Positions 42,737-52,355 of a DNA stretch of 64,000 nucleotides are shown here, one piece after another (position 1 is the first letter of the stretch; each line of letters starts with the position of its first letter). The notes below the pieces were generated by a model, which saw only the letters and a program-made list of their open reading frames with translations, ran no database searches and was not told the DNA's origin. This stretch comes from Candidatus Melainabacteria bacterium RIFCSPLOWO2_02_FULL_35_15 (GTDB taxonomy: Bacteria; Cyanobacteriota; Vampirovibrionia; 2-02-FULL-35-15): the NCBI GenBank assembly GCA_001784585.1, contig MFRN01000043.1, positions 80,966-144,965 on the forward strand, given 5' to 3'. The translations under genes were made by a program, and so were the position numbers.

Positions 42737-45700
42737 ATGCCTCAGACAGTTAAAACCAAAGAAACATACGAATTCCAGAATTCTACTATTGATAAAAAGA
42801 AGCTGTCAGGGCTCATGCTGGAAATTTATGAAAAATATGGTTCTGCCAGAGCAAGCGATGTTGCAGATGCACTAAAAAATTTAGGGTTTCATTTTGCTAC
42901 TAAAGCTGGTGTAACTATAAGTATTGAAGATCTGACAGTTCCGGAAGATAAAAAAGATTTAATTAGTTCTGCAGAAGAGCAGATTGAAGATGCCCAGAAA
43001 AAATTTGAAAGGGGAGATATTACTGAAGTAGAAAGATATAACAAAGTTATTGATACATGGTCTGAGACTACAGAAAAATTAACTGAAAAGGTCGTAGAAA
43101 GATTTAACAGACTTAATCCTGTTTATATGATGGCATTTTCAGGTGCCAGAGGTAACATCAGTCAGGTACGTCAGCTGGTCGGTATGAGAGGTTTGATGGC
43201 TGACTCTCAGGGACAGATTATTGACCTGCCGATTAAAACAAACTTTAAAGAGGGTTTAAATGTTACTGAGTATATTATTTCAAGTTACGGTGCAAGAAAA
43301 GGACTGGTTGATACTGCTTTAAAAACAGCAGACTCAGGTTATTTGACCAGGCGGCTTGTGGATGTTGCCCAGGATGTAACTATTCGTGCTCATGACTGTG
43401 GAAGCAAGAGAGGCGTTGTTGTTCATGCCTTGTTTGAAGGGGAAAAATTAACTGTAGGGATCGTTGAGAGAGTAATCGGACGTGTCGCTGTAGAAGATAT
43501 TATAAGTTTAAAAACCAAAGAAGTTATTGTTAAAAGAAATGAATTAATTGACAGGCAAAAATCCAAACTAATTGAAGAACATGGGGTAGCTTCAGCTAAA
43601 GTCAGATCTCCGCTTGTCTGTGATTTACCATATGGGATTTGTCAAACATGTTACGGCTGGAGCTTAACTACAAATACCATTGTAGACATTGGTGAGGCAA
43701 TAGGCATAATTGCTGCTCAGTCAATTGGTGAACCCGGGACTCAGCTCACAATGAGAACATTTCATACCGGTGGAGTAGTGGCAGGTGCTGCAAAAAGAAA
43801 ACAAATCAGGTCTCCACTAAGTGACATTTTAAAATTTGATATTCCTGTAAAAGAAATCAGGACAAGATATGGAGATACCGTTTTACAAACCACAAAGGAA
43901 GGAAAAATTAAAATTGGAAAAGATGACTTTTTCTTACCTGCAGGTTCACAGATTAGATTTAAGAGTGGAGCCAAAATAGAAAAAGATACAGTTGTTGCAG
44001 AGTATACGGAAATTCAACAAAAGGGTCTTATTGAAAAAGCAACAAAAGATATTATTTCAGATCATTCAGGACAAATTTTGTTTGAAGGATTTAGTGTTGA
44101 TGAAAGAAGAGATCGCCAGGGAAATATTTCCAAAACTGCAAACAAAAACGGAATTATCTGGATTATGGAAGGTGATGTTTACAATCTCCCAGCAGGCAGC
44201 AAGCTTATCCCGGAGGACGGTCAGCATGTAAAGGTAAGCGATATACTTGCAGAAACATTAATTATTTCAGAGCGTGGTGGTGAAGTACGTTTTAATAATG
44301 ATCTTGTAATTGAAGAAGTAAAAGTCGGGAAAGAAAAAATCAAAAGATTAATTCAGGGGCGTGAAGTTAGTATTGTTATAGCCAGGGTTGGTGCAGAAAA
44401 CGCAAAACTGGAAAGCACAAAGCAAGGTAACTCATGGAAAGTAAAAGCTACAAAAACTAATCCTGAAGAACTTTATACCATTAAAGTAGTTCCTGGTGAA
44501 ACCATTGAAAACAAGAGTGTTATTGCAGAGCTTGTGGATGACGGAGTTATGGCTGTTACCACTGCAGGAGAAATCAGATATGACGGACTTGAAGTGGATG
44601 AGTCCAGAATTATTACTCAGCCGGGGAAAATTATTTTTATTCCTGAAGAAGTTCATTATTTAAGTAAGGATGTAAGTTTAAAGCTTGTTGAAAATGAAGA
44701 TCGCGTTAAGGCTGGACAGGAAATTGTAAAAGATGTGTTTACTCACCTGGACGGATTTATTGAGATTAAAGTTGATAATGATATTATCCATGAGGTTATT
44801 GTAAGACCTGGCGAATTATTTGATATTCCGGAACCATCTTTATTAAAGTGTGAAGATGAGGAAATCGTTAAAGAAGGTATGGAAATTTACCCCGGTATAA
44901 AAATAAATGATACAAAAGTTGTAACCCTTATTGAAAACGAAGAAAAAGGAACTGTAAAACTTCTTTTAAGGCCTGTTCAAACATTTGCAATTGAACCCAA
45001 GAAAGTATTTTTCCAGGGATATTCCACTGATAACAATATTGCTTTATTAGCTGTTACACAAATGCTCTATCGTGATGGAGAGAGAGTAAGAAATTTTAAC
45101 GGTGGGCCGCTTTCAAAAACCAGTCTGGTGCTTACAATGGGTGGTGATTTATCTGCCTTAAAAGGGAAGGTTGAAATCGGGAAAATAGTTGATTCAAAGC
45201 AGGAATTACAAATTATAGTTCAGGAAAATATTGTTTTAAGAAGAGAGCAGGATACAAATGTTACCCAGTTATTAATAAATAATAATGATCACATTGCACC
45301 TGGAGTTGCATTAGCGAAGACTCAGGTTTTAGCCAGATCAAATGGTGAGGTAAGCTTAAGTACACAGCAGGAAAAAAGACTGCTCTTAATTACCATTAAT
45401 GATTTAATTAAACAGGAAACTACCATAAAACCTGCTGTAAAAGTTGGTGATTTTGTTAAACTGGGAGATAAATTAGCTGGTGGAACAGAGTCTGCATGCT
45501 CCGGTCAGATTGTATCTGCAGAAAATAAGTCAGTAATAATCAGAAAAGGAAGACCATATCTTGTTAATGCTGGCGCGCAACTTCAGTGTGATCAGGGACA
45601 TTTAGTTCAAAGAGGCGATCAGTTAGCTGCACTAATTTATGAAAGAGTAAAAACTGCAGATATAGTGCAGGGTTTACCGCGTGTAGAAGAATTATTAGAA

Positions 45701-46438
45701 GGCAGAAAACCAAAAGATGCAGCAATTTTATCCGAGTTCAATGCAAAAGTAAAAATCATTGAAGAAGATGATGCAAGAAGATTAATTTTAGCTTCAGGAG
45801 AGACAGAGCAGGAAGTATCTATTCCGCCTGGTTTAAATGTAATTGTAGAAAATGGACAGGCAGTAAAAATCGGAGAACCTTTAACAGATGGTCCTGCAAA
45901 CCCACACGATATTTTAAACCTGCTTGGCATTGAAGCTGTCCAGCAATATCTTTTGGATGAAGTTCAAAAAGTATACAGAAGTCAGGGCGTTGAAATTGCA
46001 GACAAACACGTTGAAACGATTATAAGACAAATGACACGCAAGGTAAGAATTGAAGATGCAGGTGATACCATACTTCTGCCTGGTGAGCTTGTTGAATTAG
46101 CTGACATAAAAAAAGAAACAGAAAAAGCAAGAAAGTTAATTTCCAAGGATGCAAGACCTCCTGCTTATAAACCAATATTATTGGGTATTACAAAGGCAAG
46201 CTTAAATACTGAAAGCTTTATTTCTGCTGCAAGCTTCCAGGAAACTACCAGAATACTTTCTGAAGCTGCTATTCAGGGAAAGAAAGACTGGCTCAGAGGG
46301 TTAAAAGAAAATGTTATTATCGGACGTTTAATACCGGCTGGTACTGGTTATTTATATTCCAGGGCTTTAGAGTCAAACATTCCTGACTATGGACAGTTAA
46401 CTTCTGAAGGATTTGCTGCTGAACCTAGTCTGAATTAG
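42737..46438 (+). CDS. rpoC2: RNA polymerase beta' (RpoC2) with large SI3 insertion
   Basis: SGARG, TADSGYLTRRL, GEPGTQLTMRTFH, long insert, DIVQGLPRVEEL, SAASFQET. Confidence 0.98.
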   Translation: MPQTVKTKETYEFQNSTIDKKKLSGLMLEIYEKYGSARASDVADALKNLGFHFATKAGVTISIEDLTVPEDKKDLISSAEEQIEDAQKKFERGDITEVERYNKVIDTWSETTEKLTEKVVERFNRLNPVYMMAFSGARGNISQVRQLVGMRGLMADSQGQIIDLPIKTNFKEGLNVTEYIISSYGARKGLVDTALKTADSGYLTRRLVDVAQDVTIRAHDCGSKRGVVVHALFEGEKLTVGIVERVIGRVAVEDIISLKTKEVIVKRNELIDRQKSKLIEEHGVASAKVRSPLVCDLPYGICQTCYGWSLTTNTIVDIGEAIGIIAAQSIGEPGTQLTMRTFHTGGVVAGAAKRKQIRSPLSDILKFDIPVKEIRTRYGDTVLQTTKEGKIKIGKDDFFLPAGSQIRFKSGAKIEKDTVVAEYTEIQQKGLIEKATKDIISDHSGQILFEGFSVDERRDRQGNISKTANKNGIIWIMEGDVYNLPAGSKLIPEDGQHVKVSDILAETLIISERGGEVRFNNDLVIEEVKVGKEKIKRLIQGREVSIVIARVGAENAKLESTKQGNSWKVKATKTNPEELYTIKVVPGETIENKSVIAELVDDGVMAVTTAGEIRYDGLEVDESRIITQPGKIIFIPEEVHYLSKDVSLKLVENEDRVKAGQEIVKDVFTHLDGFIEIKVDNDIIHEVIVRPGELFDIPEPSLLKCEDEEIVKEGMEIYPGIKINDTKVVTLIENEEKGTVKLLLRPVQTFAIEPKKVFFQGYSTDNNIALLAVTQMLYRDGERVRNFNGGPLSKTSLVLTMGGDLSALKGKVEIGKIVDSKQELQIIVQENIVLRREQDTNVTQLLINNNDHIAPGVALAKTQVLARSNGEVSLSTQQEKRLLLITINDLIKQETTIKPAVKVGDFVKLGDKLAGGTESACSGQIVSAENKSVIIRKGRPYLVNAGAQLQCDQGHLVQRGDQLAALIYERVKTADIVQGLPRVEELLEGRKPKDAAILSEFNAKVKIIEEDDARRLILASGETEQEVSIPPGLNVIVENGQAVKIGEPLTDGPANPHDILNLLGIEAVQQYLLDEVQKVYRSQGVEIADKHVETIIRQMTRKVRIEDAGDTILLPGELVELADIKKETEKARKLISKDARPPAYKPILLGITKASLNTESFISAASFQETTRILSEAAIQGKKDWLRGLKENVIIGRLIPAGTGYLYSRALESNIPDYGQLTSEGFAAEPSLN

Positions 46439-47672
46439 CATTTGTTTTTTTAATTTCTTCTAATCCTTTTCTTCTTCTTGCAGAAAAATACACGTCACTT
46501 GCACTAGCTTTGAGCTTTCTTCCGATTTCTACCAAATGTTGTAAGCTGCCGCTAGATTCTTTAATTTTGTTTTCACCAACAATCAATCCAAAGTCAAATA
46601 TATCTGCAATTGTTGAGGCTAACAATAAATCAGAAAGAGTAACTGATGGAAACAGCTTGTTTCTGTCTTCAGGTCCATGCGTTAATTTTTCCGGGATATA
46701 AAATCTAAAAATATTAGTTAACCAAATTAAAGGTCTATCTATTACGCTAAGTATACGGATTATAGTTCTTGGTAAGCCTTGAATATCAAACCTACGGGCT
46801 AATGGTCTTGTTATACCTCCAAAGACACTAAGCCAGTTTACGATTGGTGTAAAACATGAAATCGTTTTATCTAGATGCTGCGAGATGTTTAATTTTTCTT
46901 CACAGCTTAAGCTTTTTGATGTTTTGTATTTATTCCAAGCATTTTTTAATTTGCCTATATGACTGGAGAATCTATTTTTGATAAAATTCCAGTTTATTGT
47001 GTCATCATTCTTAGTAACTTTATTTTCATCTTCGTTACCTTTAAAAAGCTTATTCCAAATTGTTTTGTAAAGTTTATTTGAGAAATTAGGACCATAAGCT
47101 ATATTTATCCCCATATTTCTCCACCACATACCGTCAAACAGTCTTATACAAACCCATTCAAGATCATTAGCTATAGCAGGGCTTACTAAACCTAGGGCAG
47201 AAATTAAAAATTTCCCTTTTGTTTGGAGTTCATTATTAAATAAAGCAAGAGAGGGTATCCATGATTTTTTATCTTCTTCGCTTCTTGTAAATTCTTCTGC
47301 ACCTACGTTATCATCTCTGTTTCCATTGCTATCTTTGTGTCCATAAATCATGTTTCTAAACATATCTCCAAAAGTACCAGTAATTCTTTCTATGGTAAAA
47401 ACCGCTTTTGCTACCCAGGTATCACTGAGTTCAGAATGTGTTAAAAAATAAGATGGTATTTTTAATATTGCTTCTAAAATATAAGTTCTTATACTATTTT
47501 TAGCTAGGTTATCAGTATCAACGGCCCAATTTTTCTTAGTGTCTTCTGTTCTAGCAGGGGACTCATTTAGATAACCTGCAAACACTTCTTGTTTCCCAGA
47601 TGACTCCGGTTTTGAATAGTCATCTGGTGGAGATATTTCACCGAGTCCAATTTTTGTGATATTTATTGTCAT
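46425..47672 (-). CDS. hypothetical protein (ORFan-like)
   Basis: 415-aa ORF; no recognisable family. Confidence 0.75.
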   Translation of the reverse strand: MTINITKIGLGEISPPDDYSKPESSGKQEVFAGYLNESPARTEDTKKNWAVDTDNLAKNSIRTYILEAILKIPSYFLTHSELSDTWVAKAVFTIERITGTFGDMFRNMIYGHKDSNGNRDDNVGAEEFTRSEEDKKSWIPSLALFNNELQTKGKFLISALGLVSPAIANDLEWVCIRLFDGMWWRNMGINIAYGPNFSNKLYKTIWNKLFKGNEDENKVTKNDDTINWNFIKNRFSSHIGKLKNAWNKYKTSKSLSCEEKLNISQHLDKTISCFTPIVNWLSVFGGITRPLARRFDIQGLPRTIIRILSVIDRPLIWLTNIFRFYIPEKLTHGPEDRNKLFPSVTLSDLLLASTIADIFDFGLIVGENKIKESSGSLQHLVEIGRKLKASASDVYFSARRRKGLEEIKKTNANSD

Positions 47673-47844
47673 TTATTGATTTCTATAATAATTTTTTCAA
47701 AAAAAATACAAGCCAAACAAAATAACAAAGACTTTTTAAAAATTAAAAAGCCTCTGTAATTTTATGTGTACAGCCTGATTCTATTAATATTGAAATACCG
47801 TTGTCTATAATTTCTTAACCATTAAGATAGAGATTTAGAATTTT

Positions 47845-49032
47845 TTAAGAATTGGAATTAAGCCCTGAAGATTTTACCGTATTAATATCCTTATCTCCCC
47901 GCCCCGAAAGATTTACCACCACCACCTCGTTTTTCTTTGTCTTTGGCATTAAATATTTTAAATAAGCAACTGCATGTGATGATTCCAGGGCTGGAATGAT
48001 TCCTTCCATCTTTGAAAGGAAATTAAAAGCCTGAAGAGCTTCTTTGTCTGAGATGTTTTTATATTGAACAATATTTTTGTCCTTTAAATATGCATGTTGT
48101 GGCCCGACACCAGGATAATCCAAACCTGCTGAAATACTGTGAGCTTCTTTAATAATTCCATTCTTATCCTGAAGAAGATAACTATATGAACCGTGCAATA
48201 CGCCTGGTTTTCCAAGGGTTAATGTAGCAGCATGGTGACCGTTTTTCAATGATACGCCACCGGCTTCAACACCGATCAATCTGGTGTTTTCAAAATTTAG
48301 GTATGGATAAAAAATTCCCATGGAATTTGATCCGCCGCCTACACATGCCACAATATAGTCTGGATCTTTTTTTAATTGTTTTTTTAATTCATCTCCGATT
48401 ACTGACTGAAAATAGCTAACTATTGCAGGATACGGATGCGGACCAACAGTAGAACCGATAATATAATGAGTAGTTTTTATATTTGTAATCCAGTCTCTTA
48501 TAGCTTCACTGGTAGCATCTTTTAATGTCCGGGAGCCGCTTTTGACAGGGATAACTTGTGCACCAAGTAATTGCATTTTAAAGACATTAAGCTCTTGTCG
48601 TTTAATATCGACTGCTCCCATATAAATCTCACATTCAAGTCCAAACAAAGCACAAACTGTAGCTGTAGCCAGACCATGCTGGCCGGCACCGGTTTCTGCA
48701 ATTATTCTTTTTTTACCAAGTTTTTTAGCTAATAATGCCTGACCAATACAATTGTTTATTTTATGTGCACCGGTATGACAAAGATCCTCTCGTTTTAGAA
48801 ATATTTTTGCTTTTCTGTAATGCTCTGTAAGTCTTTTAGCAAAATATAATGGTGTAGGTCTGCCTACATAGGTTTTTAAAAGTAAATCTAATTCAGCTTT
48901 AAAGCTTTTATCATTTTTATATTTATTAAATGTAATTTCTAATTCTTCCAGCGCAGGCATTATGGTTTCAGGAACAAATTGTCCGCCGTATTTGCCAAAG
49001 TAGCCTTTTTGTCTGGTTTTCATGACAAACAT
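47845..49032 (-). CDS. trpB: tryptophan synthase beta chain
   Basis: [52 protein letters not shown]. Confidence 0.98.
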   Translation of the reverse strand: MFVMKTRQKGYFGKYGGQFVPETIMPALEELEITFNKYKNDKSFKAELDLLLKTYVGRPTPLYFAKRLTEHYRKAKIFLKREDLCHTGAHKINNCIGQALLAKKLGKKRIIAETGAGQHGLATATVCALFGLECEIYMGAVDIKRQELNVFKMQLLGAQVIPVKSGSRTLKDATSEAIRDWITNIKTTHYIIGSTVGPHPYPAIVSYFQSVIGDELKKQLKKDPDYIVACVGGGSNSMGIFYPYLNFENTRLIGVEAGGVSLKNGHHAATLTLGKPGVLHGSYSYLLQDKNGIIKEAHSISAGLDYPGVGPQHAYLKDKNIVQYKNISDKEALQAFNFLSKMEGIIPALESSHAVAYLKYLMPKTKKNEVVVVNLSGRGDKDINTVKSSGLNSNS

Positions 49033-49075
49033 AATATTACCATTTTATGATGACAACCAATGTTATATTTAATTT

Positions 49076-50209
49076 ATGTCCCAAAAAATCCTCATTGCTC
49101 CCAATGCATTTAAATATTCTCTCAGCGCTGTAGAAGCAGCTAAAACAATTAAACAAGCTTTAGACTCTCCGGATTTGAATTTGAAATATGAACTTTTACC
49201 AATAGCTGATGGTGGCGATGGCACAATTGATATTTTGAATTTTAGTTTTCCAAAATCTAAATTTATTAAAGTCAGGGTACATGATCCGTTAATGCGTGAG
49301 ATTGAATCGTTATGGCTACTATGGGATGAAAATACTGCTGTAATAGAGCTTGCAAAGGCTTCCGGAGTTGCACTTTTGTCTAAAGATGAACTAAATCCTT
49401 TCTGGGCAAATACTTATGGTACCGGTGAATTAATTCTTTCTGCATTAGACAAAAGCTGTAAAAAGATAATTATTGCTTTGGGTGGCAGTGCCACTATTGA
49501 TGCAGGAGCAGGAATATTAGAAGCGCTTGGAGTCAGATTTGAAGATAAGAAAAGAAACAAAGTTAAATCAGGAGGAGGATTTTTAGGCTCAATAGAGAAA
49601 ATAGATTTACACCATCTTGATAAAAGAATAAAGGATTGTGAGTTTCATATGCTTTGTGACGTTAGTATTCCGCTTACAGGAGAGAAAGGAACTATACAAA
49701 GATTTGGAACTCAAAAAGGTGCCAGGGAAGGAGAAAAAATTATTTTAGAAAATGGGATGAAGCACTTAGCAAAAGTAGCAAAGCAATATACTGGAAATGA
49801 TTTTGAATCAGCTCCAATGGTAGGAGCTGCAGGCGGAGTAGCATTCTCACTTAAGACTTTTTTAGGTACAAAATTATTTGGTGGTTTTTCGTATCTGGCT
49901 AATTTGATTTCATTAGAAGAAAAAATAAAAAATGTTGATCTGGTAGTTACAGGTGAAGGTAATCTTGATGCTCAAAGTTTAATGGGTAAAGGAGTAATTG
50001 AACTTGCTAAATTGGCCAAAAAGCATGGTAAAAAAGTAATTGCTTTATGTGGTGACTATGATAAGAATATTAACTGGAGAGAACACTATATTGAGCATGT
50101 AATTGAAATAAAGCCGGAAAACTTATCTTTAGAGGAATCATTAAAAAATACTAAAAATTTAATTTTAAGTGCTATTACTCAAAACTCTCATTTGTTTGTG
50201 AATTTTTAA
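49076..50209 (+). CDS. glycerate kinase (GlxK/GarK family)
   Basis: IAPNAFK.SL, PIADGGDG, TYGTGEL, GGSATIDAG, GAAGG, TGEG. Confidence 0.93.
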   Translation: MSQKILIAPNAFKYSLSAVEAAKTIKQALDSPDLNLKYELLPIADGGDGTIDILNFSFPKSKFIKVRVHDPLMREIESLWLLWDENTAVIELAKASGVALLSKDELNPFWANTYGTGELILSALDKSCKKIIIALGGSATIDAGAGILEALGVRFEDKKRNKVKSGGGFLGSIEKIDLHHLDKRIKDCEFHMLCDVSIPLTGEKGTIQRFGTQKGAREGEKIILENGMKHLAKVAKQYTGNDFESAPMVGAAGGVAFSLKTFLGTKLFGGFSYLANLISLEEKIKNVDLVVTGEGNLDAQSLMGKGVIELAKLAKKHGKKVIALCGDYDKNINWREHYIEHVIEIKPENLSLEESLKNTKNLILSAITQNSHLFVNF

Positions 50210-50276
50210 AGATTTGGCAAGTTGCAATTTAACGATAATTACATTAAAATAAAACTGTTATAAAAAATATAAGCGA

Positions 50277-50344
50277 AAAATATTGCGAGGAGCAATATTT
50301 TGAGCGCCAAGAAGAAGAGAAAATATTTAAGCCTAAATGTTTTC
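50277..50344 (+). repeat. two hairpins upstream of the 50356 ORF
   Basis: AAAATATTGC-GAGGA-GCAATATTTT and GAAAATATTTA-AGCC-TAAATGTTTTC (hairpin C type). Confidence 0.6.
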
Positions 50345-50355
50345 AAATAAAAAAA

Positions 50356-50667
50356 ATGAATGTAAAGAGCAGGTTAGAAAGAGCAGCAGAAAATAAACAG
50401 TGGATAAAAGTTTATTTCCATGATGGCAGTGGACTTATTGGAAAAGTTATAAGGGTTGGTCAGGACTATGTAGAGCTGGAAAGTTATGGATATGATGACC
50501 TGCCACATGCCAGAAATTATGCAAAAAATATTATCCCGTTAAGCTTTATAAAAATGTTTATGGTTGAGTCATCTAATTTTGCTGAAGCAGAAAGAAAAAG
50601 ATTGGAATATCTTAATCAGCTAGAGCATCTTACCCATGAAGCAGCTTCAGAAATAGAAAACAAATAA
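50356..50667 (+). CDS. small protein with probable Sm/LSm (Hfq-like) fold
   Basis: Helix then IKVYFHDG..LIGKV..VG.DYVEL...IIPLSFI pattern. Confidence 0.55.
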   Translation: MNVKSRLERAAENKQWIKVYFHDGSGLIGKVIRVGQDYVELESYGYDDLPHARNYAKNIIPLSFIKMFMVESSNFAEAERKRLEYLNQLEHLTHEAASEIENK

Positions 50668-51687
50668 TTAGTTTAATTTAAGTTCTCCGGCATAATGACA
50701 TGCAACCTGTTGATTATTATATAACTCTAATTTAGGAATTTCGCTCGTACACCTTTCCTTTGCTATTGGACATCTTGTTCTAAAAACACAACCGCTGGGT
50801 GGATTTGAAGGATCGGGAATCTCTCCGCTTAGTATAATTCTTTTTTCTTTCCTGAGCTTTGATCTCAGATCTCCAATCTCTGGATTAGCACTTAACAAAG
50901 CTATTGTATACGGGTGTTTAGGAGATTTTATTATGTCTTCCTTATGTCCGAATTCAACTATACGTCCCAGGTACATTACAGCAATTTGTGTGGAGATATA
51001 GCTAACTACAGATAAATTGTGTGAAATAAACAGATAAGTTAAATTTAATTTTTTCTGTAAATCAATTAAAAGATTTAGTATTTGAGCCTGAACAGACACA
51101 TCAAGAGCACTTACAGGTTCATCTAAAATTAAAAACTCCGGACTTAATGACAGTGCCCGTGCAATAGCTACTCTCTGTCTTTGCCCCCCTGACAGTTCAT
51201 GAGGATATTTATTTCCATGTTGTTCTTCAAGTCCTGCAAGGTTTAATAACTCATTAACTCTTTTCATTATTCCTTCTTTATCCTGAATAATTTTATGTAC
51301 AATTATTGGTTCTGCGATGATATCTTTAATTTTCATCCTCGGACTAAGACTTGAATACGGATTCTGAAAAACAATTTGTAGCCTTTGGCGAATTGAACGC
51401 ATTTCTTTGTTTGACAGGGAGAAAATATTTCTTTCCTTATAGAGAATCTCTCCATCGGTAGGTTCTAATAGTTTTAAAATGAGCTTGCCCAGGGTTGATT
51501 TTCCCGATCCGGATTCTCCGACAATTCCAATTATCTGCCTTTTTTTTATTCCCAGATTTATATCTTTTAATGCCTGTACATAACCTACTGTTTTTGACCA
51601 GAAACCTCTTTGAATGGGGAAAAATTTTGTCAGATTTTTAACTTGGACAAGAAAATCGTGATCCGTTACTTGTGGCTCGTTACTCAT
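50668..51687 (-). CDS. oligopeptide/dipeptide ABC ATP-binding protein (OppF/DppF-like)
   Basis: GESGSGKST, YPHELSGGQRQR, DEPVSALD, HPYT, GCVFRTRCP. Confidence 0.95.
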   Translation of the reverse strand: MSNEPQVTDHDFLVQVKNLTKFFPIQRGFWSKTVGYVQALKDINLGIKKRQIIGIVGESGSGKSTLGKLILKLLEPTDGEILYKERNIFSLSNKEMRSIRQRLQIVFQNPYSSLSPRMKIKDIIAEPIIVHKIIQDKEGIMKRVNELLNLAGLEEQHGNKYPHELSGGQRQRVAIARALSLSPEFLILDEPVSALDVSVQAQILNLLIDLQKKLNLTYLFISHNLSVVSYISTQIAVMYLGRIVEFGHKEDIIKSPKHPYTIALLSANPEIGDLRSKLRKEKRIILSGEIPDPSNPPSGCVFRTRCPIAKERCTSEIPKLELYNNQQVACHYAGELKLN

Positions 51688-52205
51688 TACTGAATCTCGA
51701 TTGAGTCTTTATTATCGACTTCTGAAAGGCAAACCCTTATTGATTGTTTTGGTGTGGTGGAAATATTTTTACCGGTAAAATCTGCACTGATAGGCAGCCT
51801 TCTGTGCCCTCTGTCCACAAGAACAAGTAATTTTACACTTGTCGGTCTGCCAAAATCTTTTATAGCATCCAGGGCAGCCCTTACAGTTCTGCCTTCATAT
51901 AAGACATCATCGACTATTAGTACATTTTTATTATCTATATTAGGAACAGTGCTAGGTTTACTTTGTTTTAGAGACTTTCTGTGATCTAAATCATCTCTGT
52001 AAAGAGTTACATCTAAATAACCAAATGGTATATCTACTTTTTCTATTTGCAGGATGATATCGTGCAGTCTTTTTGCCAGGAATTCTCCTCTGGTTACAAT
52101 ACCTACAATTACAAGGTTATTTAAATCTACATAGTTTTCTATTACCTCATGAGCTAATCTTCTTAAGGTTTTTGTTAGTTCGTTACTGTCCAGTAATACG
52201 TTCAT
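51687..52205 (-). CDS. pyrR: pyrimidine operon regulator / uracil PRTase PyrR
   Basis: RLAHEV, GI.TRG, LDVTLYRDD, DDVL..GRTVRAA, LVDRGHR.LPI.AD. Confidence 0.95.
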   Translation of the reverse strand: MNVLLDSNELTKTLRRLAHEVIENYVDLNNLVIVGIVTRGEFLAKRLHDIILQIEKVDIPFGYLDVTLYRDDLDHRKSLKQSKPSTVPNIDNKNVLIVDDVLYEGRTVRAALDAIKDFGRPTSVKLLVLVDRGHRRLPISADFTGKNISTTPKQSIRVCLSEVDNKDSIEIQ

Positions 52206-52322
52206 TTTGTAGCCTAATTTAGCAACTAATCAGCTAGAATTATATAATCATTATGATGTTTTGTGTAATAAAACTGATCACTAATATATGATTTTGTACT
52301 TGTAATTATCGGAATTGACCGA

Positions 52323-52355
52323 CGGAAGCTGCAGCTTGTCTGCAGCATTAAAAAA
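52323..52355 (+). promoter_or_regulatory. hairpin B between SD-like GGA and start of the acyl-CoA ligase
   Basis: CGGAA-GCTGCAG-CTTGT-CTGCAGC-ATTAAAAAA-ATG. Confidence 0.7.
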
